A stretch of DNA of 32,000 nucleotides from Nostoc punctiforme PCC 73102 (GCF_000020025.1 NC_010628.1:3690001-3722000), one strand, 5' to 3'; positions 1 to 9,060 are shown, counted from the first letter of the stretch. Numbers and translations: made by a program. The notes: generated by a model not told the origin, from the letters alone.

Positions 1-581
1 ATGGACTCGCCACCGGAGCGATTTTTGGATCGCTGTTTGGTTCTCTGTTGGCTTTACTTACGGGTGTGGGTGTGTTGTTCATTCCCTTTTTGGGAACCGT
101 AGTAGCAGCAGGCCCTTTGGGAGCAGCATTATTAGGAGCGGCAGGTGGTGCTTTATATGGTTCCTTGGGAGCAGGTATTGGATCTGCCTTAATCGCAATG
201 GGTATGCCGGAGGACAAAGCTGCTATTTACGAAACACGCCTGAAAGCAGGTGAGTTTTTACTGGTCGCGGAAGTGCCACAAGAACAAGCAGACGAAGTTG
301 TCTCACTGTTAGAAAGTGCGGGTGCGGAAGAAGTCGCTATCACTGACATGAAGATTCCCCGTCAACCAAAAGGTGAACTGGCAGATAATGAGCAGATTTC
401 ACCAGAAATTAGAGCAAATCTGTCGGACGACGCGCAAAAAACTTTTGTTGATACCTACAATCGGTCGTTCAGAGAAGCCAATGGAAAAGATAATGCCTTG
501 ACTAAGGCTTGGGATCGGGTGAAACAGGTGTTCGATCGCGACGAAAAAGGCACTTATTCCAGGTCTAAAGTCAGATCGTAA
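1..581 (+). CDS. General-stress-type membrane protein (Gly-zipper hydrophobic segment, YflT/GSP17M-like region, C-terminal ChaB-like domain). The 5' end lies outside the window.
   Basis: The frame is open from the window edge (codons from nt 3: GLATGAIFGSLFG...), so the ORF-track TTG at 48 is internal. A Gly/Ala-rich hydrophobic stretch is followed by GMPEDKAAIYETRLKAGEFLLVAEV, a motif shared with ORF 8052-8606. The tail ISPEIRANLSDDAQKTFVDTYNRSF...KAWDRVKQVF fits the ChaB pattern (LP..AQ..Y..FN....AW..VK). Confidence 0.6.
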   Translation, partial: GLATGAIFGSLFGSLLALLTGVGVLFIPFLGTVVAAGPLGAALLGAAGGALYGSLGAGIGSALIAMGMPEDKAAIYETRLKAGEFLLVAEVPQEQADEVVSLLESAGAEEVAITDMKIPRQPKGELADNEQISPEIRANLSDDAQKTFVDTYNRSFREANGKDNALTKAWDRVKQVFDRDEKGTYSRSKVRS

Positions 582-594
582 ATTTCCAGAGTTG

Positions 595-826
595 CGATCC
601 AGAGCAAACGCTGAGGTTGTTGAAAGACGCTCGCACTCAACTTAAGTTGGCTCAAGAACTGGGCTACGCCAGAAGTAATCCTGAGTATGCAGAACTTGAG
701 CAGGCAATCAAAAATCTGGAGCGGCAAGTTAAGGCAAGTGAGAAAACCACAGACGCATTTGCCAAGCTTCAGGAAAGATTCTCTAGTTTCTTCAATAAGG
801 TATCCGCAGCCATCAATCCAGCTTAA
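595..826 (+). pseudogene. C-terminal remnant of a YfdX-like gene (first, truncated copy of the tandem array)
   Basis: LLKDARTQLKLAQELGYARSNPEYAELEQAIKNLERQVKASEKTTDAFAKLQERFSSFFNKVS aligns almost residue for residue with the last ~70 aa of ORFs 985-1842 and 2086-3060. DNA homology begins about 14 nt after the stop of the upstream gene. No N-terminal part is present. Confidence 0.6.
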
Positions 827-837
827 TGAAGGTAGAA

Positions 838-984
838 GGCAGGTGGTCACTGAGCGTAGCCGAAGTGAGGCAGAAGGCAGGAGTTAGTTATTCTTACCCT
901 TTCCCCGTCTCTAGTCTCCCTCATCTCCCTTGTCCCATACTTCAATCGAGGCGCAAAACAAGTTAACAAATCAGGAGAATAATT
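838..984. repeat. Duplicated intergenic spacer of the YfdX array, copy 1
   Basis: It starts GGCAGGTGGTCACTGAGCGTAGCCG...GAAGTGAGGCAG and ends CTTCAATCGAGGCGCAAAACAAGTTAACAAATCAGGAGAA just before the start codon. The same ends occur at 1860-2085. The middle is C-rich low complexity. Confidence 0.7.
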
Positions 985-1842
985 ATGAACGCCCAAACAT
1001 CGAATCCACAAGATAATCGCGATCAGCAAGAAGATGCTCGTAATCAGCAAGAGATTGACAACGAGAGACAAAAGGCAACAGATGAAGCTCAAAGATGCGT
1101 AGATCAAGAAGCAGTTTCCGCGCTCAAAGAAACTCGAAATGCAATTAATGCCATTGACCAGGGAAATACTCAAGAAGCACTTCAAGCTTTAGAACGAGCA
1201 ACAGGAAAACTTGAAATTCTAGTAGCACGATACCCTGAACTGGGTTTTGTTCCTGTGTCGGCTCAAGTAAATATAATCGATCTTGCTCCTGACGATTCTA
1301 ATGAGATTGAGCAAATTCGTAATCAAATTAAGAGTACTGTGAATGAGGATGATTTTCGTACTGCTCGTCAACTGTTGAACAGCCTGGTGAGCGAGATTCG
1401 CACAACAATCTTTAATCTGCCACTAGCGACATATCCTGATGCTATGAAGGAAGCAGCCCGGTTGTTGAACGAAGGTAAAACCGATGAAGCCAAAACGGTG
1501 CTGCAACTTGCCCTCTCAACCCTAGTGGTGACAGAAGTTGCTCGACCCCTACCGCTGCTTAGAGCCGATATTGACATAATGAGTGCAGTTGCTATAGCAG
1601 ACAGCGATCGCGAAGGAACGCTGAGGTTGCTGGAAGATGCTCGCAACCATCTCAGGTTGACTCAACAACTGGGCTATGCCAAAGGCGATCCTGAGTATGC
1701 AGAACTTGAGCAGGCAATCCAAGATATCGAGCGGCAAGTTAGGGCAAACGAGAGAACCGCAGACCCATTGAGTCGGCTCCTGGAAAAATTCTCTAGTTTC
1801 TTCAAACGTATATCCGGAACCGCCCCCGCCCAACCAGCTTGA
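985..1842 (+). CDS. YfdX-like helical-repeat protein, copy lacking a signal peptide
   Basis: 285-aa ORF with AGGAG 8 nt upstream of the ATG. It is a paralog of 2086-3060 (ALERATGKLEILVARYPELGFVPV..., NLPLATYPDAMKEAARLLNEGKTDEAKTVLQLALSTLVVTE). The YfdX assignment comes from recalled helical-hairpin motif patterns. The N-terminus is polar and acidic with no hydrophobic signal. Confidence 0.6.
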   Translation: MNAQTSNPQDNRDQQEDARNQQEIDNERQKATDEAQRCVDQEAVSALKETRNAINAIDQGNTQEALQALERATGKLEILVARYPELGFVPVSAQVNIIDLAPDDSNEIEQIRNQIKSTVNEDDFRTARQLLNSLVSEIRTTIFNLPLATYPDAMKEAARLLNEGKTDEAKTVLQLALSTLVVTEVARPLPLLRADIDIMSAVAIADSDREGTLRLLEDARNHLRLTQQLGYAKGDPEYAELEQAIQDIERQVRANERTADPLSRLLEKFSSFFKRISGTAPAQPA

Positions 1843-1859
1843 TGAAGGTGAAGGTACAA

Positions 1860-2085
1860 GGCAGGTGGTCACTGAGCGTAGCCGTTGGCGTAGCCTCTCG
1901 TACAGAAGTGAGGCAGGAGGCGAGAAGAGAATAGGGAGATAGGGAGAATCAAGAGTAATTTTAGTCTTTTCTGCTCTGCCCCTCCGCCCCCCTGCTCCCT
2001 CTGCTTCCCCTGCTCTTCTTGCCCCTCCGCCCCCTACCTTCTTCAATCCAGGTGCAAAACAAGTTAATAAACCAGGAGAACGATC
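1860..2085. repeat. Duplicated intergenic spacer of the YfdX array, copy 2 (expanded C-rich tract)
   Basis: It shares both ends with 838-984. The interior is CTCCGCCCCCCTGCTCCCTCTGCTTCCCCTGCTC-type low complexity. Confidence 0.7.
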
Positions 2086-3060
2086 GTGAACCAATATCAC
2101 AGATTCTTTAGAAGGCTGCAAGTCCTGTTCGTGGGTATTCTTTTTTCCTCGCTTTTATTCATCGCTCCCGTTCATGCAGTTGGCTCTGCTGCGGTATCTC
2201 CTGAAAGATTGAATCAGCTTGATACTAGTCTTCAGCAGGAGATTGAAAAGGAGAGGCAACAGGCAACAGCTGAGGCTGAAAGTAAACTGGATCGAGAAGC
2301 GATCGCCGCAATTGAAGAAACTAAAAAAGCGATCGCTGCCATTGAGCGGGGAAAGACTCAAGAAGCAATTGCTGCCCTAGAACGAGCAACTGGAAAAATT
2401 GACATTCTAGTAGCACAATACCCTAAACTAGCTCTAATTCCGGTGGCGGCTCAGGTAGCGATAATCGATTTTGCCCCTCAGGATTTTAATTTGGTTGAGC
2501 GAATTCGCAATCAAGTGAAGGGTGTTGCAATTGCAGAAGATTTTCCGGCGGCTCGCGAACTGTTGAACAACCTGATAAGCGAGATTCGCACAGCAATCGT
2601 CAATCTGCCATTAGAGAGATATCCAGATGCTACCAAGCAGGCAGCTCGGTTGTTGAACGAAGGCAAAATTGATGAAGCCAAAGGCGTGCTGCAACTTGCG
2701 CTCTCAACTTTAGTGGTGACAGAACAAGCTCGACCCCTGCCGCTAGTCAAAGCCCATACCGATCTAGTGACTGCGGTTACTTTAGCAGAGAAGGATCGCG
2801 ACGCAGCACAGAGGTTGCTAGAAGATGCTCGTGCCCAACTCAAGTTAGCTCAAGAACTAGGATATGCCAGAGGCGATCGCGAGTATGCAGCATTTGACAA
2901 AGCAATTAAAAATCTAGAGCGGCAAGTTAAGGCACGTGAGAACACAGCAGGCGCATTTGCCAAGCTTCAAGAACAATTTTCTAGTTTCTTCAACCGAGTA
3001 TCCGAAGTCGTCAAACCAGGTGATTCCTCAAATAGGGCAGAAGCCAGGAGACGCGATTAA
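2086..3060 (+). CDS. YfdX-like helical-repeat protein with an N-terminal signal peptide (predicted exported)
   Basis: 324-aa ORF with a GTG start at the position homologous to the ATG of copy 985, AGGAG upstream. The N-terminus RFFRRLQVLFVGILFSSLLFIAPVHAVGSAA is a classical signal peptide. The stop codon lies in the centre of the palindrome at 3049-3068. Confidence 0.6.
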   Translation: MNQYHRFFRRLQVLFVGILFSSLLFIAPVHAVGSAAVSPERLNQLDTSLQQEIEKERQQATAEAESKLDREAIAAIEETKKAIAAIERGKTQEAIAALERATGKIDILVAQYPKLALIPVAAQVAIIDFAPQDFNLVERIRNQVKGVAIAEDFPAARELLNNLISEIRTAIVNLPLERYPDATKQAARLLNEGKIDEAKGVLQLALSTLVVTEQARPLPLVKAHTDLVTAVTLAEKDRDAAQRLLEDARAQLKLAQELGYARGDREYAAFDKAIKNLERQVKARENTAGAFAKLQEQFSSFFNRVSEVVKPGDSSNRAEARRRD

Positions 3061-3107
3061 TCGCGTCTGTACAAGAATTAGAAGTAGAGACGCGATTCAT
3101 CGCGTCT
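3049..3107. repeat. Two copies of a 20-nt dispersed palindrome (AGACGCGATTAATCGCGTCT at 3049-3068, AGACGCGATTCATCGCGTCT at 3088-3107)
   Basis: The first is a perfect 20-nt palindrome and the second has one central mismatch. A degenerate relative (TACAGACAAGGGTTAATCGTGTCTCT) sits at 7229-7254. This repeat type is common in filamentous cyanobacteria. It could act as a terminator or RNA hairpin between yfdX-like and cbpA-like. Confidence 0.7.
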
Positions 3108-3183
3108 GTATAAGAGTGAGGAGTTTTATCTCCCCCTGCCCCTCTGCCCACCCGTCCCATCGCGTTAATTTCAAGAGGTGCTG

Positions 3184-4191
3184 ATGGTTGCAGCAACCGA
3201 TTTCAAAGATTATTACGAAATTCTGGGTGTCAGTAAGAACGCCACTCCGGAGGATATCAAAAAAGCCTACCGGAAATTGGCACGGAAATATCACCCGGAC
3301 TTAAATCCTAACGATAAGCAAGCCGAAGCGCGGTTCAAAGAAATTAACGAAGCTAATGAAGTGCTGTCCGACCCAGCAAAACGCCAGAAGTATGACCAGT
3401 ATGGTCAGTACTGGCAACAGGCTGCGGCGGGTGCACCTCCACCCAGAGGGGCGGGTACACAAGGCTATGACTTTAGCCAGTATAGCAACTTTAATGATTT
3501 CATTGATGAATTGCTGGGAGGGTTAGGTCGCAGTGGCGGTCGTACAAGGCAGCGCGGAGCTAATTATCGCACTACAAGAAGACCAGAAGGATTCCGGGAC
3601 TACGTAGATTTTGGGTATGGAGAAGACCCCTCCAGCCGCTTCACTGATATTCCCGCACAGGATACGGAAGCGGCGATCGCTCTCACTTTTTCTGAAGCAT
3701 TTCATGGTACACAGAAGCGCCTACAAATTGATGGGGAAACCATCACTGTTCGTATTCCGCCGGGTGTGAAACCGGGAAGCCGCATTCGGGTAAAAGGCAA
3801 AGGACAGATGAGTCCTTTTAACCAGCAACGCGGCGATCTTTATCTGTCGATTGAATTATTGCCTCATCCTTTCTTCAAATTTGAGGGCGACAATCTTGCC
3901 TGTGAAGTACCTGTCAGCCCAGAAGAAGCAGTGCTTGGCGCACAAATAGATGTTCCTACGCCCGATGGCAAGGTAACGATGAAGATTCCGGCTGGTGTGG
4001 ATTCCGGCCAAGCACTGCGGCTACGTGGCAAGGGCTGGCGCGATCCAAAAGGCAATCGTACCGCTTTGATTGTGCGGTTAAAAATTGTAACACCCAAAGA
4101 TTTGAGTCCCCAAGAAAGAGAGTGCTATGAAAAATTGCGACAAGTTAGCAGTTTTAATCCCCGTCAAGGCTTAGAAGAGGTGCGGTTATGA
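3184..4191 (+). CDS. cbpA: CbpA-type J-domain co-chaperone (J domain plus DnaJ C-terminal domains, no Zn-finger)
   Basis: [34 protein letters not shown]...[24 protein letters not shown] is a J domain with HPD. The C-terminal beta-sandwich repeats are present ([24 protein letters not shown]..., [23 protein letters not shown]) and there is no CxxCxGxG. The ATG at 3184 is preferred over the GTG at 3178 because AAGAGG lies 5 nt upstream. Confidence 0.85.
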   Translation: MVAATDFKDYYEILGVSKNATPEDIKKAYRKLARKYHPDLNPNDKQAEARFKEINEANEVLSDPAKRQKYDQYGQYWQQAAAGAPPPRGAGTQGYDFSQYSNFNDFIDELLGGLGRSGGRTRQRGANYRTTRRPEGFRDYVDFGYGEDPSSRFTDIPAQDTEAAIALTFSEAFHGTQKRLQIDGETITVRIPPGVKPGSRIRVKGKGQMSPFNQQRGDLYLSIELLPHPFFKFEGDNLACEVPVSPEEAVLGAQIDVPTPDGKVTMKIPAGVDSGQALRLRGKGWRDPKGNRTALIVRLKIVTPKDLSPQERECYEKLRQVSSFNPRQGLEEVRL

Positions 4192-4505
4192 TTTCTAACC
4201 TGAGCTTGTCTAGTGTGGTTTGGTCAGAAGCAGGCGATCGCCTTTATAGTTTCGAACAAGTCGCTTACCTCACCCAAACCTCGGTTTTATTACTAGAACG
4301 ATTTGCCCGCCTGGGACTAATTGAACCTGTAGGAATCATGCTGCGCCGACAGGATATGTTTCGCGTTGTGCAGATTCAAAGGTTGCACCGCGATCTGAAC
4401 TTGAATTGGGTCGGAGCAGCAATGGTGCTAGATATGGTAACTGAAATTGACCAACTCAAGGCGCAACTGCGTGCCTACCGTGCTGAATTACAAATTCGTA
4501 ATTAA
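4188..4505 (+). CDS. cbpM: CbpM-like chaperone modulator (MerR-type HTH)
   Basis: 105-aa ORF whose ATG overlaps the cbpA-like stop (ATGA at 4188-4191), implying translational coupling. Size, position and the [31 protein letters not shown]-like segment match the cbpA-cbpM arrangement. Confidence 0.65.
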   Translation: MISNLSLSSVVWSEAGDRLYSFEQVAYLTQTSVLLLERFARLGLIEPVGIMLRRQDMFRVVQIQRLHRDLNLNWVGAAMVLDMVTEIDQLKAQLRAYRAELQIRN

Positions 4506-4549
4506 GAGCGTTAACAAAATAATTTATTTCTCAGCTAAGGGGCACGATT

Positions 4550-7192
4550 ATGCAACCAACAAATCCCGAGCAATTTACCGAAAAAGCCTGGGAAGCCCTT
4601 GTTCGTACTCCCGAAATTGCCAAACAGTTTCAGCATCAGCAGATTGAGAGCGAACATTTGATGCTAGCGCTACTGGAACAGGAAGGACTCGCCAGTTCTA
4701 TTTTCAACAAAGCCGGGGTAAATGTTCAAAAACTACACGAGCGCACTATCGACTTCATCAACCGTCAGCCCAAAGTATCGGGGGCTAGCAGTGGTTCGGT
4801 ATACATCGGACACAGTTTAGAGAGGCTGCTCGATCGCGCCGAACAATACCGCAAAGAGTTTGGTGATGAATATATTTCTATTGAACATTTAATACTTGCC
4901 TTTGCCAAAGACGATCGCTTTGGTAAAGGGTTGTTTCAAGAATTTGGACTGGATGAAAAAAAACTCCGCAACATCATTCAACAGATTCGAGGGAGTCAAA
5001 AAGTGACAGATCAAAACCCGGAAGTTAAATATGAAGCGCTAGAAAAATACGGGCGCGATTTAACCCAATTGGCACATGAGGGCATACTCGACCCAGTGAT
5101 TGGACGAGATGAAGAAATTCGCCGCACGATTCAAATCCTTTCTCGTCGGACTAAAAATAACCCCGTGCTGATTGGTGAACCCGGTGTCGGTAAAACGGCA
5201 ATTGTAGAAGGATTAGCGCAGCGCATTGTCAGTGGTGATGTCCCGGAATCATTGCGCGTTGGCATAGCCGGCCGTAGGCATCGCAAACTAATAGCTTTAG
5301 ACATGGGTGCGTTAATTGCCGGAGCCAAATACCGGGGAGAATTTGAAGAACGCCTGAAAGCTGTCTTAAAAGAAATCCAAGAAGCACAGGGACAAATCGT
5401 CTTGTTCATTGACGAAATTCACACTGTAGTTGGTGCGGGTGCAACGCAAGGATCGATGGATGCTAGCAACTTGCTCAAGCCGATGCTCGCTCGCGGCGAA
5501 CTGCGCTGTATTGGTGCCACCACGCTAGATGAATACCGCAAGTACATTGAAAAAGATGCGGCTTTGGAACGTCGTTTTCAGCAGGTATATGTCGATCAGC
5601 CCAGTGTGGAAGATACCATCTCAATTCTGCGCGGTTTGAAAGAGCGCTACGAGTTACACCACGGCGTGAAGATTTCTGATAGTGCGTTAGTTGCGGCAGC
5701 TACTCTGTCTGCGAGATATATTAGCGATCGCTTCCTACCCGACAAAGCTATTGATTTGGTGGATGAAGCTGCGGCTAAACTAAAAATGGAAATTACTTCC
5801 AAACCAGAAGAATTAGACGAAATCGATCGCAAAATTCTGCAACTGGAAATGGAGCGGCTGTCACTGCAAAAAGAAACAGACAGTGCTTCCAGAGAGCGTT
5901 TAGAACGGCTGGAGAGAGAACTTGCAGAGTTAAAAGAACGCCAAGATGCCCTCAATGCTCAATGGCAAGCAGAGAAGCAAATCATCGATCGCATTCGCCA
6001 AATTAGACAAGAGATTGAGCGTGTCAATGTAGAAATTCAGCAAGCCGAACGCGATTACGACCTCAACCGGGCAGCAGAATTGAAATACAGCAAACTCACT
6101 GAGCTGCAACGACAACTAAAAGAAGCCGAAGCGCGACTAGCCCAAATCCAGACTAGCGGTAAATCTCTGTTGCGCGAAGAAGTCACCGAAGCTGACATTG
6201 CCGAAATTATCTCCAAGTGGACGGGTATTCCGGTGAGCAGACTGGTTGAATCGGAAATGCAAAAACTCTTGCATCTGGAAGAAGAGCTACATAAACGTGT
6301 GATTGGTCAGGACGAAGCTGTAAGAGCTGTTGCCGATGCAATTCAACGTTCCCGTGCTGGGTTGGCAGACCCGAATCGTCCCATTGCTAGCTTTATTTTC
6401 TTAGGCCCGACCGGGGTGGGAAAAACAGAACTGGCAAAAGCTTTAGCGGAATATCTGTTTGATACCGAAGATGCACTGGTGCGGATCGATATGTCCGAAT
6501 ACATGGAGAAACACGCTGTTGCCCGTCTCATCGGTGCGCCTCCAGGTTACGTGGGCTATGAAGAAGGCGGACAACTCACCGAAGCGATTCGCCGCCGACC
6601 TTATTCTGTAATTCTGTTTGACGAAATTGAGAAAGCTCATCCTGATGTATTCAACGTCCTGCTGCAAATCCTGGATGATGGTCGCCTAACTGATTCTCAG
6701 GGACGCACAGTAGATTTTAAAAATACGATCGCGATTATGACCAGCAATATTGGTTCAATATACATTTTGGATGTGGCAGGAGACGATAGCAAGTACGAAC
6801 AAATGCGCGATCGCGTCATGGAAGCAGTGCGAGAAAGTTTCCGCCCCGAATTCCTCAACCGCATTGATGAAATCATTATTTTCCACAGCTTGCGGAAGGA
6901 CGAGTTGCGCGAAATTGTCAAACTACAAGTGCAGCGTTTAGAGGAGCGACTGCGCGAGCGTAAACTCTCGCTCAAAATCTCCGACCAGGCTCTCGATTGG
7001 ATTGTTCAGGTCGGTTATGACCCAGTTTACGGTGCTCGTCCCCTGAAGCGGGCGATTCAGCGAGAACTAGAAACTCCGATTGCCAAAGCGATTCTACGCG
7101 GCGAGTTCCACGAAGGTGACACAATCTACGTCCATGTGGAACACGAACGACTGGTGTTGAAGCGCTTATCACCTGAACTGGTCAATGCTTAG
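4550..7192 (+). CDS. clpB: ATP-dependent chaperone ClpB (class I AAA+ disaggregase)
   Basis: 880 aa. It has a Clp N domain, NBD1 Walker A GEPGVGKT and Walker B LFIDEIH, a long coiled-coil M domain, and NBD2 GPTGVGKT / [10 protein letters not shown]. It is near-colinear with recalled Nostoc ClpB apart from a short insertion at 5258-5281. Confidence 0.97.
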   Translation: MQPTNPEQFTEKAWEALVRTPEIAKQFQHQQIESEHLMLALLEQEGLASSIFNKAGVNVQKLHERTIDFINRQPKVSGASSGSVYIGHSLERLLDRAEQYRKEFGDEYISIEHLILAFAKDDRFGKGLFQEFGLDEKKLRNIIQQIRGSQKVTDQNPEVKYEALEKYGRDLTQLAHEGILDPVIGRDEEIRRTIQILSRRTKNNPVLIGEPGVGKTAIVEGLAQRIVSGDVPESLRVGIAGRRHRKLIALDMGALIAGAKYRGEFEERLKAVLKEIQEAQGQIVLFIDEIHTVVGAGATQGSMDASNLLKPMLARGELRCIGATTLDEYRKYIEKDAALERRFQQVYVDQPSVEDTISILRGLKERYELHHGVKISDSALVAAATLSARYISDRFLPDKAIDLVDEAAAKLKMEITSKPEELDEIDRKILQLEMERLSLQKETDSASRERLERLERELAELKERQDALNAQWQAEKQIIDRIRQIRQEIERVNVEIQQAERDYDLNRAAELKYSKLTELQRQLKEAEARLAQIQTSGKSLLREEVTEADIAEIISKWTGIPVSRLVESEMQKLLHLEEELHKRVIGQDEAVRAVADAIQRSRAGLADPNRPIASFIFLGPTGVGKTELAKALAEYLFDTEDALVRIDMSEYMEKHAVARLIGAPPGYVGYEEGGQLTEAIRRRPYSVILFDEIEKAHPDVFNVLLQILDDGRLTDSQGRTVDFKNTIAIMTSNIGSIYILDVAGDDSKYEQMRDRVMEAVRESFRPEFLNRIDEIIIFHSLRKDELREIVKLQVQRLEERLRERKLSLKISDQALDWIVQVGYDPVYGARPLKRAIQRELETPIAKAILRGEFHEGDTIYVHVEHERLVLKRLSPELVNA

Positions 7193-7297
7193 AGGGGGCA
7201 GAGGAGCACAAGGGAGAGATAACTCTTGTACAGACAAGGGTTAATCGTGTCTCTCTTTCAAGATTTAACAACATATCAAAACATTTTTGGAAAAGCT

Positions 7298-7858
7298 ATG
7301 ACTTCTGAAGATTTTAGAGAAACCAGAACAAATTCAGCATTGCCAATTGTCTTAGGTGTTTTGATGATTCTGCTGGGAATTGCAGCGATCGCAGAACCAT
7401 TTATTGCCACTATTGCCATCACAATCGTATTCTCCTGGACTTTAATTATTGCTGGCATCGTCCGAATTGTTCATGCATTTCAATCACGTCACAAACGAGG
7501 CTTCTGGACAACACTAGTAGTTGGTATTCTATACGTAATTGGTGGGATTTTGTTGATTAGCAACATCTTTGGTGCTGCACTCTCTCTCACCTTAGCTTTT
7601 GGATTTATCATTTTTATTGAGGGTGTATTGGAGGTGATTGCAGCATTTGAAATGCGTCGAGATCCAAACTGGGGTTGGGTACTATTTAGCGGAATCATGG
7701 CTATTATTCTAGGGATTTTTATTCTCTATCAATGGCCTGTCAGCGCAGTTTGGGTATTGGGAGTATTTGTAGGGATTAATTTTTTGTTGACGGGTGTTTG
7801 GATGATCATGCTTTCATTAGCTTCTCGTAGTCTTCCTGACCATAGGGCAAGAGTTTAA
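7298..7858 (+). CDS. hdeD: HdeD-family (DUF308) acid-resistance-type membrane protein
   Basis: Six hydrophobic helices in the repeated GILLI..G......P pattern typical of HdeD/DUF308. The ATG at 7298 is preferred. The ORF-track TTG at 7226 falls inside a dispersed-repeat copy. Confidence 0.7.
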   Translation: MTSEDFRETRTNSALPIVLGVLMILLGIAAIAEPFIATIAITIVFSWTLIIAGIVRIVHAFQSRHKRGFWTTLVVGILYVIGGILLISNIFGAALSLTLAFGFIIFIEGVLEVIAAFEMRRDPNWGWVLFSGIMAIILGIFILYQWPVSAVWVLGVFVGINFLLTGVWMIMLSLASRSLPDHRARV

Positions 7859-7860
7859 AG

Positions 7861-7883
7861 CAGTTATCAGTTATCAGTTATCA
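7861..7883. repeat. STRR-type heptamer tandem repeat (CAGTTAT x3)
   Basis: CAGTTATCAGTTATCAGTTATCA lies immediately after the hdeD-like stop. Confidence 0.85.
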
Positions 7884-7885
7884 AA

Positions 7886-7918
7886 GTTTGAGTTGGGGTC
7901 TAAATCTCCAACTCAAAC
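7886..7918 (+). terminator. Perfect 11-bp stem hairpin downstream of hdeD-like (possible terminator)
   Basis: GTTTGAGTTGG-ggtctaaatct-CCAACTCAAAC. No U-tract follows, so its function as an intrinsic terminator is uncertain. Confidence 0.35.
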
Positions 7919-8051
7919 GTAGCACGCAATAGTGGTGAGGAACTTTGACTCCCAACTGAAAAAAAGTTTACTGTTAACTATTTACTAATTTGTTGAAATA
8001 ACTTTCGGTTTTATTGGTGAGCTAGTGCTGCCTCACTGAAATAAGGATAAT

Positions 8052-8606
8052 ATGATTACAACAGATAACAAGCACGCTGTTGGAGTATTTACTAACCGTA
8101 AAGCAGCGGAGCAATCAGTTAATGAATTGAAAGCCTCAAGCTTTCCAATGGAAAAAGTTGCGATTTTTGCAAAATTTGCAGATCGCATAAATCCTATTGG
8201 CGAAGTATCAGTCAGTTCGCGTATCAACAATCAAAGTGTAGATACAACTGGAGCAGTTGGTGACGCTTTAACTACAAGTTTTTGGGGAAGCGTATTAGTT
8301 GGTCTTAGCAGTTTGGTACTTCCTGGCGGTATTGGAGTAATAATTGCAGTCGGTTCGGTTGGAACAGCATTCATTATCAGTGTAGCGGGTGTTGCAGTTA
8401 GTACTATAGCTACAAATCATTTAGTAAAGGTGCTAGCTAGTTTAGGTATTCCTGAAGACCGAGCTAGACGTTATTGCGATCGCATCCAGTGCTGTGAATA
8501 TTTACTAGTACTAAAAGGCAAAGATGAGGAGATTCAAAATGCTGAAGTCATTTTGAAGAAGCATGATATTAACTATTGGGGTATCTATGAGCTACCACAG
8601 GTTTAA
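8052..8606 (+). CDS. General stress protein 17M (YflT)-like membrane protein
   Basis: N-terminal HAVGVFTNRKAAEQSVNELKASSFPMEKVAIFAK (YflT-like), a Gly-zipper hydrophobic segment, and C-terminal GIPEDRARRYCDRIQCCEYLLVLKG. This is the same architecture as ORF 1-581 without the ChaB tail. Confidence 0.6.
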   Translation: MITTDNKHAVGVFTNRKAAEQSVNELKASSFPMEKVAIFAKFADRINPIGEVSVSSRINNQSVDTTGAVGDALTTSFWGSVLVGLSSLVLPGGIGVIIAVGSVGTAFIISVAGVAVSTIATNHLVKVLASLGIPEDRARRYCDRIQCCEYLLVLKGKDEEIQNAEVILKKHDINYWGIYELPQV

Positions 8607-8798
8607 ATAAGCCTTCTTGGGTGGCCGCCGAGATACGGATACCGTTGGCGAAATATTGCTTAACAAAAAAACGGTGGATTTACCGTGTATTACTTGGAGA
8701 AGATAGATATTCCTTTCCGTGTGTTACACGGGAGAAAAAAATTAAGTTAGCTGCCTCAGTAATCAATAAATTAGAAGGAATACCTGTGGAGGCAGTAT

Positions 8799-9060
8799 AT
8801 GTGCTTACATCCCGAAGAAATTCCTCCTATTCCTGATGAAACGGTACGTGTAGCCAAAGCCGCATTCCCCAAAGGTAATTTATATATGCGACTGCGTGAT
8901 GAACTTGGAGTCTTTTATAAGGATGAAGATTTCGCATCACTGTATCCACAACGGGGTCAGCCAGCGCAAGCACCTTGGCGGTTGGCGATGATACTGGTGA
9001 TGCAATATCTAGAGAATTTATCTGATAGACAAGCAACTCTTGCAGTGCAAGGGCGGATTG
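8799..9060 (+). pseudogene. IS1182/IS5-superfamily transposase, N-terminal fragment only
   Basis: PDETVRVAKAAFPKGNLYMRLRDELGVFYKDEDFASLYPQRGQPAQAPWRLAMILVMQYLENLSDRQA matches the conserved InsH-type N-terminal domain. Similarity stops at ~9060, where base composition changes abruptly. Confidence 0.7.

Noticed and set aside
687-1185. ORFs 687-887 (+) and 847-1185 (-) around the first YfdX spacer
   Set aside because: The first is an alternative frame of the YfdX tail remnant running into the dispersed repeat. The second is antisense to the start of the 985 gene and the spacer. Neither has supporting motifs.
1549-2121. 190-aa minus-strand ORF spanning the end of the YfdX-like gene and the C-rich spacer
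   Set aside because: It is antisense to a well-supported gene. The remainder is a translation of low-complexity G/C-rich repeat (GGGGARRAGEAEGAGGRRGRAE), so it is an artefact of repeat composition.
5131-7172. Multiple 60-100-aa ORFs antisense to or out of frame with clpB (for example 5131-5409, 5647-5955, 6697-6975 and 6972-7172)
   Set aside because: They lie entirely within a strongly supported 880-aa ClpB frame. Their composition is Ser/Arg/Ala-rich, typical of antisense translation. None has a start context or recognisable motif.
8621-8836. 71-aa ORF upstream of the IS1182/IS5 transposase fragment
   Set aside because: It starts with GTG in the probable IS end/leader region and overlaps the transposase start. 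No motifs were recognised. It is probably non-coding IS terminal sequence.
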